A stretch of DNA of 64,000 nucleotides, taken from assembly GCA_963813535.1 (NCBI GenBank), contig CAWEZH010000003.1, positions 448,001 through 512,000 of the forward strand, given 5' to 3'. This document shows, one piece after another, positions 38,979-48,344 of the stretch. Source of the stretch: an uncultured Chloroflexia bacterium. GTDB taxonomy: Bacteria; Chloroflexota; Limnocylindria; Limnocylindrales; CSP1-4. Under the pieces are notes generated by a model that ran no database searches, was not told the origin of the DNA, and was given only the letters and a program-made list of their open reading frames with translations. Position 1 is the stretch's first letter. Each line of letters starts with the position of its first letter. The position numbers and the translations under genes are program-made.

Positions 38979-40214
38979 TCATGCGCTTGCCAGGGCGGCC
39001 ATGGTCCGGCGGGGACGCAGCCAGGCCGCAGGGTCGGCGAGCAGTGGTCCGAACGCAAGCTCCGCTGCTCCGAGCAGCGGAGCGTCGTCTCCGAGTGATG
39101 TTGGTACGACCCGGACGAGTCGGCGCGACGCGCGCAAGACGCGTCGATCGAGCTCGGCCTCCAGGGTCGAGCGGACGTACGGGTAGCTGGCGGTCAGCCG
39201 GCCGCCGAGCAGGACGAGGCTCGGGTTCAGGACGTTGATCAAGCCGGCGAGCCCGATGCCGAGCCAGCGTCCGTTGGCGGCGAAGGCGTCGAGCGCCGTG
39301 GCGTCGCCCGCCTCGGCCTCGGCGAGGATCCGGTCGTATGTCTCACGGCCGCCCTCCGGTGAGCGTCCAGCGCTGCGCAGCAGGGCGCTGGTCCCGACCT
39401 CCGTCTCCCAGCAGCCCAGCGATCCACAGCGGCACGGCAGCCCGTCCGGGTTGACCGGCATGTGACCCACCTCGCCACCGTAGCCTGCGGCGCCGACCAG
39501 CGGCTGTCCGTCGACGATCAGTCCGCCGCCCACGCCGATGGAGCCCCAGATCAGCATCACGTCGTCGATGCCCCGGGCCACGCCGCGGCGATGCTCCGCG
39601 AGGACGGCGAGGTCCGCCTCGTTCGCGAAGGCGATCGGCACGTCCATTTGCAGTGCGTCGACCAGCGCATCGCCCAGCGCTTCGTCGCGCCAGCCCAGGT
39701 TCGGGGCGACGGACACCATGCCATCGCTGCGGCGAACGACGCCGACCACGGCGACGCCGATCCCGACAAGACCGTCCTCGGACGGCAACCGGTCACGCAG
39801 CGTCCACGCAAGCTCGGCGAGGGCCGTCGCGATGTCGCCGACGTTCGAGCGCCGGCGGGGGAGATCGATGCGGACCAGGTCGAACACGTCACCGCCCAAG
39901 CCGACCGTGGCGGCGGCGAGCAAATCGACCGCGACCTCCAGCGCCAGGACGACCGCCCCATGGGGATCGGGCCGGACGAGCGGCGATGGCCGGCCCGGTG
40001 TCCCGTCCAGCGCGGCCGGACCCTCGAACGCCAGCCTGCCCGCGACGAGCTCCCCGATGAGCCCGCGGATCGCGCTGCGGGTCAGCCCGGTGCGCGCGAC
40101 GAGGTCCGAGCGCGACAGCGGGCCGCTCTCGTGCAGCTCGCGGATGATCGCGCTCAGGTTCGCCCGACGTACGGTCTCGCTGCGGTGTCCGAGCTCGTCC
40201 CGACCGATGAACAC
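38979..40214 (-). CDS. xylR: ROK-family transcriptional regulator (xylose repressor)
   Basis: N-terminal HTH SRSDLVARTGL, GRP; NEAD, GEVGH, CRCGSLGCWE; GTG start at 40214 preferred (alternative ATG 40277). Confidence 0.88.
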   Translation of the reverse strand: MFIGRDELGHRSETVRRANLSAIIRELHESGPLSRSDLVARTGLTRSAIRGLIGELVAGRLAFEGPAALDGTPGRPSPLVRPDPHGAVVLALEVAVDLLAAATVGLGGDVFDLVRIDLPRRRSNVGDIATALAELAWTLRDRLPSEDGLVGIGVAVVGVVRRSDGMVSVAPNLGWRDEALGDALVDALQMDVPIAFANEADLAVLAEHRRGVARGIDDVMLIWGSIGVGGGLIVDGQPLVGAAGYGGEVGHMPVNPDGLPCRCGSLGCWETEVGTSALLRSAGRSPEGGRETYDRILAEAEAGDATALDAFAANGRWLGIGLAGLINVLNPSLVLLGGRLTASYPYVRSTLEAELDRRVLRASRRLVRVVPTSLGDDAPLLGAAELAFGPLLADPAAWLRPRRTMAALASA

Positions 40215-40220
40215 TGGGGG

Positions 40221-40241
40221 TTTGTGTTCCTCTTTCTCAAA
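40221..40241. promoter_or_regulatory. Putative XylR operator in xylR / gfo divergent region
   Basis: tttgtgttcctctttctcaaa, same 21-bp TTTGTG...CAAA frame as the xylA site; TTGACA on minus strand at 40282-40277. Confidence 0.5.
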
Positions 40242-40303
40242 TTGTGCTGTGCGAGACTCGTACAAGGACGCGGCCATGTCAATACGGCTGGTAGGAGGGG
40301 TCG

Positions 40304-41314
40304 ATGTCGAGCGTGCTTCGGTGGGGGATCCTGTCCACGGCGGACATCGCGCTACGGAAGGTGATCCCGGGCGTGCGCACGGCGGCCCGCTGCGAGATCG
40401 TGGCGATCGCCTCACGGGACGGGGTGCTGGCACGTAGCGCGGCGGAGCGCCTGGGCATCCCGACCGCCCACGCCTCGTACGAGGCGCTGCTGGCCGATCC
40501 GAACGTCGACGCGGTCTATATCCCGCTGCCGAACCACCTCCACGCCGAGTGGACGATCGCCGCCCTGCGGGCTGGCAAGCACGTCCTGTGCGAGAAACCG
40601 CTGGCGATGACCGCGGACGACGCCCAGCGGATGGTCGATGTCGCCTACGAGTCGGACCGCCATCTCATGGAGGCGTTCATGTACCGCCACCACCCATCGT
40701 GGGTGGCCGCGCTCGACCTGGTGGCGGCTGGGCGGATCGGCACGCTCACCGCGGTCCAGAGCTGGTTCTCGTACTTCAATGATGACCCCGCCAACATCCG
40801 CAACGTGCGCGATTACGGCGGGGGAGCCCTCTTCGATATCGGGTGCTATTCGGTCAACCTGTCACGGATGGTGTTCGGCGGCGAGCCGTCCCGGGTCGCG
40901 GCGTCGCTCCGACGGGATCCGTCGACGGGCGTGGACGTGCTGACCAGCGCGATCCTCGACTTCGAGGGCGGCATCGCGACGTTCAGCTGCTCGACCCGGA
41001 CCGAGACCGACCAGCGCGTCGACATCTACGGCACGACCGGCCGCATCTCGATCGAGATCCCGTTCAACATCCCGCCGGACCGCCCGACGCGCGTGTTCCT
41101 CACAGCGGGCGGCGATCCACCCGTGGCCCCGGACAGGCAGGTCGTCGAGTTCCCGATCGCCGATCCGTATGGCGTCGAATTCGAACGGTTCGCGACGGCC
41201 GTGCTCGACGGCGGCCCCACGCCGGTCCCGCCGGAGGACGCCGTCGCCAACCTGCGCGTGATCGAGTCGATCTTCGAGGCAGCCGACCGCGGTACGGCGG
41301 CGGCCTCGTCGTAA
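40304..41314 (+). CDS. Gfo/Idh/MocA oxidoreductase (possible D-xylose/aldose dehydrogenase)
   Basis: WGILSTA, YIPLPNHLH, HVLCEKP, EAFMYRHHP, GGALFDIGCY. Confidence 0.9.
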   Translation: MSSVLRWGILSTADIALRKVIPGVRTAARCEIVAIASRDGVLARSAAERLGIPTAHASYEALLADPNVDAVYIPLPNHLHAEWTIAALRAGKHVLCEKPLAMTADDAQRMVDVAYESDRHLMEAFMYRHHPSWVAALDLVAAGRIGTLTAVQSWFSYFNDDPANIRNVRDYGGGALFDIGCYSVNLSRMVFGGEPSRVAASLRRDPSTGVDVLTSAILDFEGGIATFSCSTRTETDQRVDIYGTTGRISIEIPFNIPPDRPTRVFLTAGGDPPVAPDRQVVEFPIADPYGVEFERFATAVLDGGPTPVPPEDAVANLRVIESIFEAADRGTAAASS

Positions 41315-41461
41315 ACCTAGCCGCTCCCACCTCGAGATGCCACGGCCGCGCCATCGACCCGCTCGGGGATCGGATCGGGTGGAGGCGGATACGATGTCGG
41401 TTCGGCTTCACGACCGGGCCGCAGTAGGGGATCGACGGGACATGTCAGCCGCTCGACAGCC

Positions 41462-43054
41462 ATGACCAGCCGGACGCTCGCCGTCGGCGGGACGAGCTAT
41501 CCGCTGGTCCTGCCGAACATCCGCGACCCGCGGCTGCACGTGGCGGCGGTCATCATCACAGTGCATGTCCTCGGGCAGGTCGGGCTGCACTTCGAGGTCA
41601 GCGTCCCCCAGATCCTCGCGGCCATCGTGACCTGCGCGATCCTCGAAGTCGCCTTGGCGTTCCGCCAGAGCCGCGCGTTCGTCTGGCCGGCCAGCGCGAT
41701 GCTGACGGGCAGCGGCGTCGCTCTCATCCTGCGCGTCGTCGGGACGCCCGCCGATGACCCCTGGAACACCTACGCCTGGTATGTCTTCGCCGCGGTCGCG
41801 GGCCTGTCCCTGCTCACCAAGTACGTCATCCGCTACCGCGGCAACCACGTGTTCAACCCGTCCAACATCGGGCTCGTACTGGCATTCATCATCCTCGGCA
41901 GCACCCGGGTCGAACCGCTGGACTTCTGGTGGGGGCCGTTCGACATCTGGCTGATCCTCGCCTACGCGGTGATCATCGGCGGCGGTGTGCTGATCACACG
42001 GCGACTCGATCTGCTCGCCCTGGCCGCCACGTTCTGGGTGGGCCTTGCAGTCGGTGTCGGTCTTCTCGCCGGGTCTGGTCACTGCATGACCGCCAACTGG
42101 GCCTTCGCGCCGGTCTGTGGCGTCGACTTCTGGCGGGTGATCATCACGTCGCCGGAGGTGCTGATCTTCCTGTTCTTCATGATCACGGATCCGAAGACCG
42201 TGCCGACGGGGCGCGTCGGCCGTGTCGTCTTCGGTCTGCTGGTGGCGTTGGCGAGCACGCTCCTGATGGCGCCGCAAACCGATGAGTTCGGCACGAAGGT
42301 CGGGCTCCTCGCAGGCCTCGTGGTCATCTGTGCCGCACGTCCGATCCTCGACCGACTGCTGCCGGAACCACGCTCGGCGTCCGACGACGTGAGCCGGTTC
42401 GCGACGAGGGTTGCCTTCGGCTCCGACGTCCGTGCCGGCACCATCCGGGGCCTCGGCCGCGTAGCGCTCCTGGTGGGCATGGTCTTCGTCGTCGGAGCCG
42501 GCATCGTCGTCGCCGGCACGCCGGCGCGTGCGCCGGCCGCGCCGGATGTCGCGGCCGTGCTGGACAGGGTCCCGCACCAGGTCGATCCGGCGACGTTCCC
42601 TGTGATCACCGTCGATCCGGACGTCACCGACTGGAACCACGAGATCGCCGGACCGGGCGCCCAGGAGATCGTGCTGACCCTGGCCGAGAACCTCGAGCTC
42701 GAGAACCAGGCGCTCCTCCGGGCGGACCCGGCGATCCTCGCCGCCGTCGATCACGGCGATCGCCTGACCGAGATGCGGGCACGCGTCGAGGAGGCCGTTT
42801 CTACGGGCAAGACGGTCATCGCCCGGTACCGGTTCGACGCGATGGACATGTCCCTGCGTGAGCCATTCGGCGTGCAGAGCGGGCTGAGCCTGGCCCTCGA
42901 ATCGCGCGGGACGATGACCGAGGAAACGTACGACGCGGGCGGCGCCCTCTTGGACCGTCGAGATACACCGTTCACGCGGACGTTCGTGATGCGCCGGGCG
43001 ACGGGCGATCGCTGGCTCAACGTGGCCGTCCTGCCACCGGAGGCCGGCAGCTGA
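41462..43054 (+). CDS. RnfD/NqrB-like (UnbU-like) membrane protein with C-terminal extracytoplasmic domain
   Basis: DPRL N-terminus, HVFNPSNIG, FFMITDPKT motifs; ~10 TM; soluble C-terminal extension. Confidence 0.7.
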   Translation: MTSRTLAVGGTSYPLVLPNIRDPRLHVAAVIITVHVLGQVGLHFEVSVPQILAAIVTCAILEVALAFRQSRAFVWPASAMLTGSGVALILRVVGTPADDPWNTYAWYVFAAVAGLSLLTKYVIRYRGNHVFNPSNIGLVLAFIILGSTRVEPLDFWWGPFDIWLILAYAVIIGGGVLITRRLDLLALAATFWVGLAVGVGLLAGSGHCMTANWAFAPVCGVDFWRVIITSPEVLIFLFFMITDPKTVPTGRVGRVVFGLLVALASTLLMAPQTDEFGTKVGLLAGLVVICAARPILDRLLPEPRSASDDVSRFATRVAFGSDVRAGTIRGLGRVALLVGMVFVVGAGIVVAGTPARAPAAPDVAAVLDRVPHQVDPATFPVITVDPDVTDWNHEIAGPGAQEIVLTLAENLELENQALLRADPAILAAVDHGDRLTEMRARVEEAVSTGKTVIARYRFDAMDMSLREPFGVQSGLSLALESRGTMTEETYDAGGALLDRRDTPFTRTFVMRRATGDRWLNVAVLPPEAGS

Positions 43055-43074
43055 TCGGGACCGGGATCCGGTCC

Positions 43075-44739
43075 GTGCCCCGCGTCGGTGTGCTTGCCAT
43101 CGTCGCAGCCATCGTCATCGTCACGGTCGGCGGCCTCATCGTGGCGCGGACGCTCATCACGACCGGTCCCCTGTCCCCGGCTCGACCTGTCGCGCTCGAC
43201 GCTCCGCATTTCGTCGATGAGGCCAGCGGAGCGGGCATCGACCACGCGTATGGCGGCGATTACCCATATGTCGTGGGTGGCGGCGTTGCGACGTTCGACT
43301 GCGACGACGATGGGGCGCCGGACCTGTACCTGGCGGGTGGCGCGGACCCTGCGGGCCTGTACCGGAATCGAAGCGAGATCGGCGGGGCCCTGCGTTTCGA
43401 GCAGGTTGTAGCGCCCCTGACCGACATGTCCGGCGTCTCGGGCGCCTACCCGATCGATATCGATGGTGATCGGCATACGGATCTGGCCGTGCTTCGTCTT
43501 GGCGAGGACGTCATCCTCCGAGGACTCGGCGAGTGCCGCTTCGAGCGCGCCAACGAGGCGTTCGGCATCGATGACCCCGACAACTGGACGGTCGGGTTCA
43601 GCGCGACCTGGGAGCTGCCGTCGGCACCGCTGCCGACCCTGGCCTTCGGTGATTACCTCGTCCTCGACGACAAGGGCGAGTGGACCGGCGCCTGCGCGGA
43701 TGACCGACTCGTGCGACCGGCCGCGTCGGGCGATCGCTACGCGGCGCCGATCGCGCTCCGACCGAGCTGGTGCACGCTCTCGATGCTCTTCAGCGACTGG
43801 GACCGGTCGGGTCGCCGTGACCTGCGCGTTTCGAACGACCGGCACTACTACCGCGACGGCGAGGACCAGCTGTGGCGCATCGAGTCGGGCCAGCCGCCGC
43901 GCTCCTACACGCGCGAGGAGGGCTGGGCCCGACTGCGGATCTGGGGCATGGGCATCGCGAGCCAAGACCTCACCGGCGATCGCTATCCCGAGGTCTATCT
44001 GACCAGCCAGGGGGACAACAAGCTTCAGTCACTCGCGGATGGACCGAACGCGCCACGCTACGAGGACATCGCCTTGCCCCGGGGCGTGACCGCCCACGTC
44101 CCGTACGCGGGTGGGGAGAATCTGGCCTCCACGGCATGGCATCCGGCCTTCGAGGACGTCAACAACGATGGGCTCACCGACCTGTTCGTGAGCAAGGGCA
44201 ACGTCGACCACCAGCTCGATTACGCCATGAAGGACCCGAGCAACCTCCTCATCGGGCAGGCCGATGGCACCTTTGTCGAGGGCGCCGTGACGGCGGGCAT
44301 CGTCGGCTACGGCAGTGCGCGCGGGGCTTCCCTGGTGGACCTCAATCGGGATGGGTTGCTCGATCTCGTCCAGGTCATCCGCCGGGAGAACGTCCAGCTG
44401 TGGCGCAACGTCGGGTCGGGCGACGCGGCCGCAGCCCGGCCGATGGGCCATTGGTTGGCGGTGGACCTCGACCAGGCTGCGCCAAACCATGACGCGATCG
44501 GGGCGTGGATCGAGGTCCGAGCCACCGGTGACGTCCAAGCGGAGCGTGAGGTCACGATCGGTGGCGGGCACGCCAGCGGGCAGCTCGTGCCCATCCATTT
44601 CGGGCTCGGCGCCGCGACGTCGGCCGAGGTGCGCGTGACCTGGCCGGACGGCGAGGTCGGCCCGTGGCTCCAAGTCGCGGCGGACCAGGTCGTGCGGATC
44701 GAGCGCGGCGCGACGACGGCGCAGCCGCTGGCGCCATGA
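43075..44739 (+). CDS. CRTAC1 / ASPIC-UnbV family FG-GAP beta-propeller protein
   Basis: Six DxDxDGxxD repeats; C-terminal GGGHASGQ...HFGLG...VTWPDG ASPIC/UnbV domain; N-terminal anchor. Confidence 0.88.
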   Translation: MPRVGVLAIVAAIVIVTVGGLIVARTLITTGPLSPARPVALDAPHFVDEASGAGIDHAYGGDYPYVVGGGVATFDCDDDGAPDLYLAGGADPAGLYRNRSEIGGALRFEQVVAPLTDMSGVSGAYPIDIDGDRHTDLAVLRLGEDVILRGLGECRFERANEAFGIDDPDNWTVGFSATWELPSAPLPTLAFGDYLVLDDKGEWTGACADDRLVRPAASGDRYAAPIALRPSWCTLSMLFSDWDRSGRRDLRVSNDRHYYRDGEDQLWRIESGQPPRSYTREEGWARLRIWGMGIASQDLTGDRYPEVYLTSQGDNKLQSLADGPNAPRYEDIALPRGVTAHVPYAGGENLASTAWHPAFEDVNNDGLTDLFVSKGNVDHQLDYAMKDPSNLLIGQADGTFVEGAVTAGIVGYGSARGASLVDLNRDGLLDLVQVIRRENVQLWRNVGSGDAAAARPMGHWLAVDLDQAAPNHDAIGAWIEVRATGDVQAEREVTIGGGHASGQLVPIHFGLGAATSAEVRVTWPDGEVGPWLQVAADQVVRIERGATTAQPLAP

Positions 44740-44749
44740 GGAGTCGAGG

Positions 44750-46135
44750 ATGTCGATGACGCGCGTCGCTCGTCTCGCCGAGGTGACCCTCCCGGACTTC
44801 GGACGCCCGACGACGACGCCCGACCTGCCCGCGTCGCTCTATGCGGCGCGCCTCGATCGACTGCGGGAATGCATGGACCGGCGCGGGTACGACCGGCTCG
44901 TCGTGTATGCCGACCGCGAGCACAGCGCGAACCTGGCCTGGCTGACCGGCTTCGATCCCCGGTTCGAGGAGGCAGTCCTGGTCCTCGGCTCGACCGGCGA
45001 GCCCGCGATCCTCGTCGGCAACGAGTGCTACGGGATGGCCGGTGCGGCCCCGCTCCCGATGCGACGCCACTACTTCCAGGACCTCAGCCTGCCCAGCCAG
45101 CCGCGCGACCGCTCGCGGCCGCTCGCCGAGATCCTCGGCGATGAGGGCGTCACGACGGGCGCACGTGTCGGCGTCATCGGCTGGAAGCCGTACGCCGACC
45201 GGGCGATGCTCGATATCCCCTCGTTCCTCGCCGACGAGCTTCGCCGGCTGGCAGGTCCGAGCGGCGTCGTCGAGAACGCCGTCGACCTGCTCATCGACCC
45301 GGCCGACGGTCTCCGGGTCATCAACGAGGTCGATCAGCTCGCGGCGATGGAGGCCGCGGCCTGCACGACGTCGAGCGGTGTGCGCAACGTGCTCACCGGC
45401 ATCCGACCGGGGATGCGCGAGCGCGATGCGGTCGCCCTGCTGGGCTGGGACGGCACGCCACTGTCATGTCATCTGATGCTGACCGCAGGACCGCGTGCGG
45501 CACTCGGTCTCCTCAGCCCGGGCGATCGTCCGATCGAGCGCGGCGATCCGTTCACGGTGGCCTTCGGGATCTGGGGCGCGTTGAACTGCCGAGCCGGGTT
45601 CGTCGTCGAGGACGCCGGCGGGCTACCGGCCGAGGCGAGCGACTACGTCGACCGCCTGGTCGGCCCCTACTTCGCGGCGGTCGCCGAGTGGTACTCGGCG
45701 TTGCGGATCGGGCAGACCGGCGGCGCGCTGCACGACATCATCGACCGCCACCTCGGCGATCCGTTCTTCGGCATCTTCCTGAACCCAGGTCACCAGATCG
45801 GCCTTGACGAGTGGGTGAACTCGCCGATCGGGCCGGGGTCGACCATCGAGCTCAGATCGGGCATGGCATTCCAGGTCGACATCATCCCGGCGACCGGGAC
45901 GCCGTACTTCACCTCCAACATCGAGGACGGCATCGGTCTGGCCGACACCTCGCTGCGCGGCGAGCTGGCCGCTGCGTATCCCGACGCGTGGGAGCGGATC
46001 CAGCGCCGGCGATCGTTCATGGCCGATGTGCTCGGCATCGAGCTCCATCCGGACGTCCTGCCGTTCTCGAACATCCCGGCCTTCCTGCCTCCGTACTTGC
46101 TCCGACCCGACCGGGCCATGACGATGGCCGAGTGA
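44750..46135 (+). CDS. M24/creatinase-fold protein (Xaa-Pro aminopeptidase-like)
   Basis: Creatinase_N-like VYADREH...NLAWLTGF; C-terminal GHQIG, NIEDG. Confidence 0.7.
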   Translation: MSMTRVARLAEVTLPDFGRPTTTPDLPASLYAARLDRLRECMDRRGYDRLVVYADREHSANLAWLTGFDPRFEEAVLVLGSTGEPAILVGNECYGMAGAAPLPMRRHYFQDLSLPSQPRDRSRPLAEILGDEGVTTGARVGVIGWKPYADRAMLDIPSFLADELRRLAGPSGVVENAVDLLIDPADGLRVINEVDQLAAMEAAACTTSSGVRNVLTGIRPGMRERDAVALLGWDGTPLSCHLMLTAGPRAALGLLSPGDRPIERGDPFTVAFGIWGALNCRAGFVVEDAGGLPAEASDYVDRLVGPYFAAVAEWYSALRIGQTGGALHDIIDRHLGDPFFGIFLNPGHQIGLDEWVNSPIGPGSTIELRSGMAFQVDIIPATGTPYFTSNIEDGIGLADTSLRGELAAAYPDAWERIQRRRSFMADVLGIELHPDVLPFSNIPAFLPPYLLRPDRAMTMAE

Positions 46136-47031
46136 CGAGCGACGAGGTCCCGTCGACGGCGATCGTCCTCGAGGGCGACGGTGCGACCCTGACAGTGGAT
46201 GCGGAGCATGGCGCGCGACTCGCGTCGCTCCTCGTCGACGGCCACGAACTCCTGGTCACGGAGGGTGACGGGCCGATCTGGTGGGGCTGCTACCCGATGG
46301 CCCCGTTCGCCGGGCGCATCCGCGACGGACGCTTCCCGTTCCGCGACCGGCTGTACGACGTCCCGCTGTCGTTGCCGCCGAACGCCATCCACGGGACCGT
46401 CCTGGACCGGCGGTGGGAGGTCACCGCCCGATCCGCCGAGGGCGTCGAGCTCACGACCGACCTCGGACCGGATTGGCCGTTCCGCGGCCGGGTTGTCCAG
46501 GCGATCGTGCTGGTGCCCGGCGGGATGGAGTTGGTCCTTCGGCTCGAGGCGGACGAACCGATGCCCGTCGTCCTCGGGTGGCATCCCTGGTTCCGGCGCT
46601 CTGTCGGCGGGGCCAGTGCCCAGCTGGCGTTCGAGGCGCATTCGATGTACCTCCGCGGGCCGGACGGCCTGCCGACCGGATCGATCGGGGCGCCCACCCC
46701 GGGCCCGTGGGATGACGCGTTCGCCGACCTGGTGACCCCGCCCCGGCTGACCTGGCCCGGGGTCCTGGAGCTCGACGTCCGCTCGACCGCCCCGTTCTGG
46801 GTCGTCTTCGACGAGCGGGACGACGCCCTCTGCGTGGAGCCACAGACGGCACCACCGGACGCGTTCAACCTCGCGTGGGCGGCCGGCGTGGAGCCGCCGA
46901 TCGCGGCACCCGACCACCCGGCGTCGATCGCGATGGCGTGGCGCTGGTCACGACCCGCCCGGACGACCGAGCGTCGGGCGATCACGCCTTCGAAGCGACG
47001 CCCTTCGGGTCCGGCACGTTCACGCCGGTGA
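46132..47031 (+). CDS. Aldose 1-epimerase family protein
   Basis: PMAPFAGRI, NAIHG, GWHPWF, CVEPQT; GTGA overlap. Confidence 0.88.
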   Translation: MTSDEVPSTAIVLEGDGATLTVDAEHGARLASLLVDGHELLVTEGDGPIWWGCYPMAPFAGRIRDGRFPFRDRLYDVPLSLPPNAIHGTVLDRRWEVTARSAEGVELTTDLGPDWPFRGRVVQAIVLVPGGMELVLRLEADEPMPVVLGWHPWFRRSVGGASAQLAFEAHSMYLRGPDGLPTGSIGAPTPGPWDDAFADLVTPPRLTWPGVLELDVRSTAPFWVVFDERDDALCVEPQTAPPDAFNLAWAAGVEPPIAAPDHPASIAMAWRWSRPARTTERRAITPSKRRPSGPARSRR

Positions 47032-48235
47032 CCCGGTTCTTGCCGGCTCGCTTGCTGGTGTACATCGCCCGGTCGGCGCTGATCATCAGCTCGTCGGCGG
47101 TCTGCCCATCGTCCGGGTAGGACACGACGCCGACCGACATCGAGGGACGGATCGCCTCGTCCGGCAACCCGAGATCGAGCTCGTTGACGCCGATGCGGAT
47201 CTTCTCGGCGAGGACGAATGCGCCGGTCGGGTCCGTCTCGGGGAGGAGCACGACGAACTCGTCGCCGCCGTAGCGCGCCGCCGTATCGATGCGCCGGACG
47301 CCATCGCTCACGACCAGACCGACGGCCGCCAGGACCCGGTCGCCATGGAAGTGACCGAGCCGGTCGTTGATGGCCTTGAGCTCATCGAGGTCCATCATCA
47401 GGAGGCAGAACCCACGCCCCGATCGGGCGCTGCGGGCGATCTCCCGCTCCAGTGCCGCGAAGAAGAAGCCGCGGTTGAACAGCGACGTCAGCGGGTCGAT
47501 CGTGGACAGGCGGATGGCCGCGTCGCGCGTGCTGCGCTGCTGGCGGGCGATGACCATCGCGACGTAGGCGAGCAGGATCATGGCCGTGAGGTTGATGCCG
47601 ACCGTGGCGACCGTGAACGGGTCCGCAAGCACCGCCGGCGATGACCCGAGCATGATGGCCAGCAGGTAGCCGATGGCCGCGATCAAGGCGAGACCCAGCG
47701 TGATGCCGGGTGACACGACCAGTGCGGCGCCGCCGACGATCAGCGGATAGACGAAGAAGAACGGGCTCTCTGCCCCGCCGGTGAGCGCCACGAGGATCGT
47801 CGCGACGGTGATGGCCACGGACCCCTCGACGACGTACTTGGCGGGCCCGAGCGCCCCGGACGGGAGCAGGTCGTGGATGACCAGCACGAACACGCCGCCG
47901 AGCGCGAGCAGCATGAAGATCGCGGTCTGGCTCTCCGGCCACAGGCCAGTGACCCCGACGATCGTCGTGACGGCGAGGAGGAATACCCACGACGCGATGC
48001 GCACGACGCGGTCGTACGCGCGCGTGGTCTCGTCATCCTGGGCGCGATCGGCGTCGCCCCGACCGACCACCGCGGCAGCGGCCATCGCGCGCTCCGAGCG
48101 GACGTCCCCCCGGTCGTCGGATGGGGTCCCGGAGCGGACCCGCTCGATGACCGGCGATGCCACCAAACCCGCCATCACCACGAGATTCGCGAGGACGGCG
48201 ATGACGATCAGCGCAAGGATCGGCTCCAGCGACAC
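46982..48235 (-). CDS. Membrane-bound diguanylate cyclase (GGDEF)
   Basis: DPLTSLFNR, DLDELKAINDRLGH, RRID I-site, RYGGDEF. Confidence 0.92.
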   Translation of the reverse strand: MSLEPILALIVIAVLANLVVMAGLVASPVIERVRSGTPSDDRGDVRSERAMAAAAVVGRGDADRAQDDETTRAYDRVVRIASWVFLLAVTTIVGVTGLWPESQTAIFMLLALGGVFVLVIHDLLPSGALGPAKYVVEGSVAITVATILVALTGGAESPFFFVYPLIVGGAALVVSPGITLGLALIAAIGYLLAIMLGSSPAVLADPFTVATVGINLTAMILLAYVAMVIARQQRSTRDAAIRLSTIDPLTSLFNRGFFFAALEREIARSARSGRGFCLLMMDLDELKAINDRLGHFHGDRVLAAVGLVVSDGVRRIDTAARYGGDEFVVLLPETDPTGAFVLAEKIRIGVNELDLGLPDEAIRPSMSVGVVSYPDDGQTADELMISADRAMYTSKRAGKNRVTGVNVPDPKGVASKA

Positions 48236-48344
48236 GCACTCATATTAGCCCGGGTACTGGCCGAATTGGCCGTTGCGCCCTGGCGCCAACGCAACACAAC
48301 GGTGCGTACAGGCGCCACCGCTTCGGTGCACGCACGCGCCAGCG

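Noticed and set aside
41462-44739. Enediyne biosynthetic cluster or Rnf/Nqr complex
   Set aside because: No pksE, thioesterase or unbL, and no other rnf/nqr subunits in the window
46982-47031. 50-bp convergent overlap of epimerase and GGDEF genes as antisense regulation
   Set aside because: Short tail overlaps are common in GC-rich genomes; no further support
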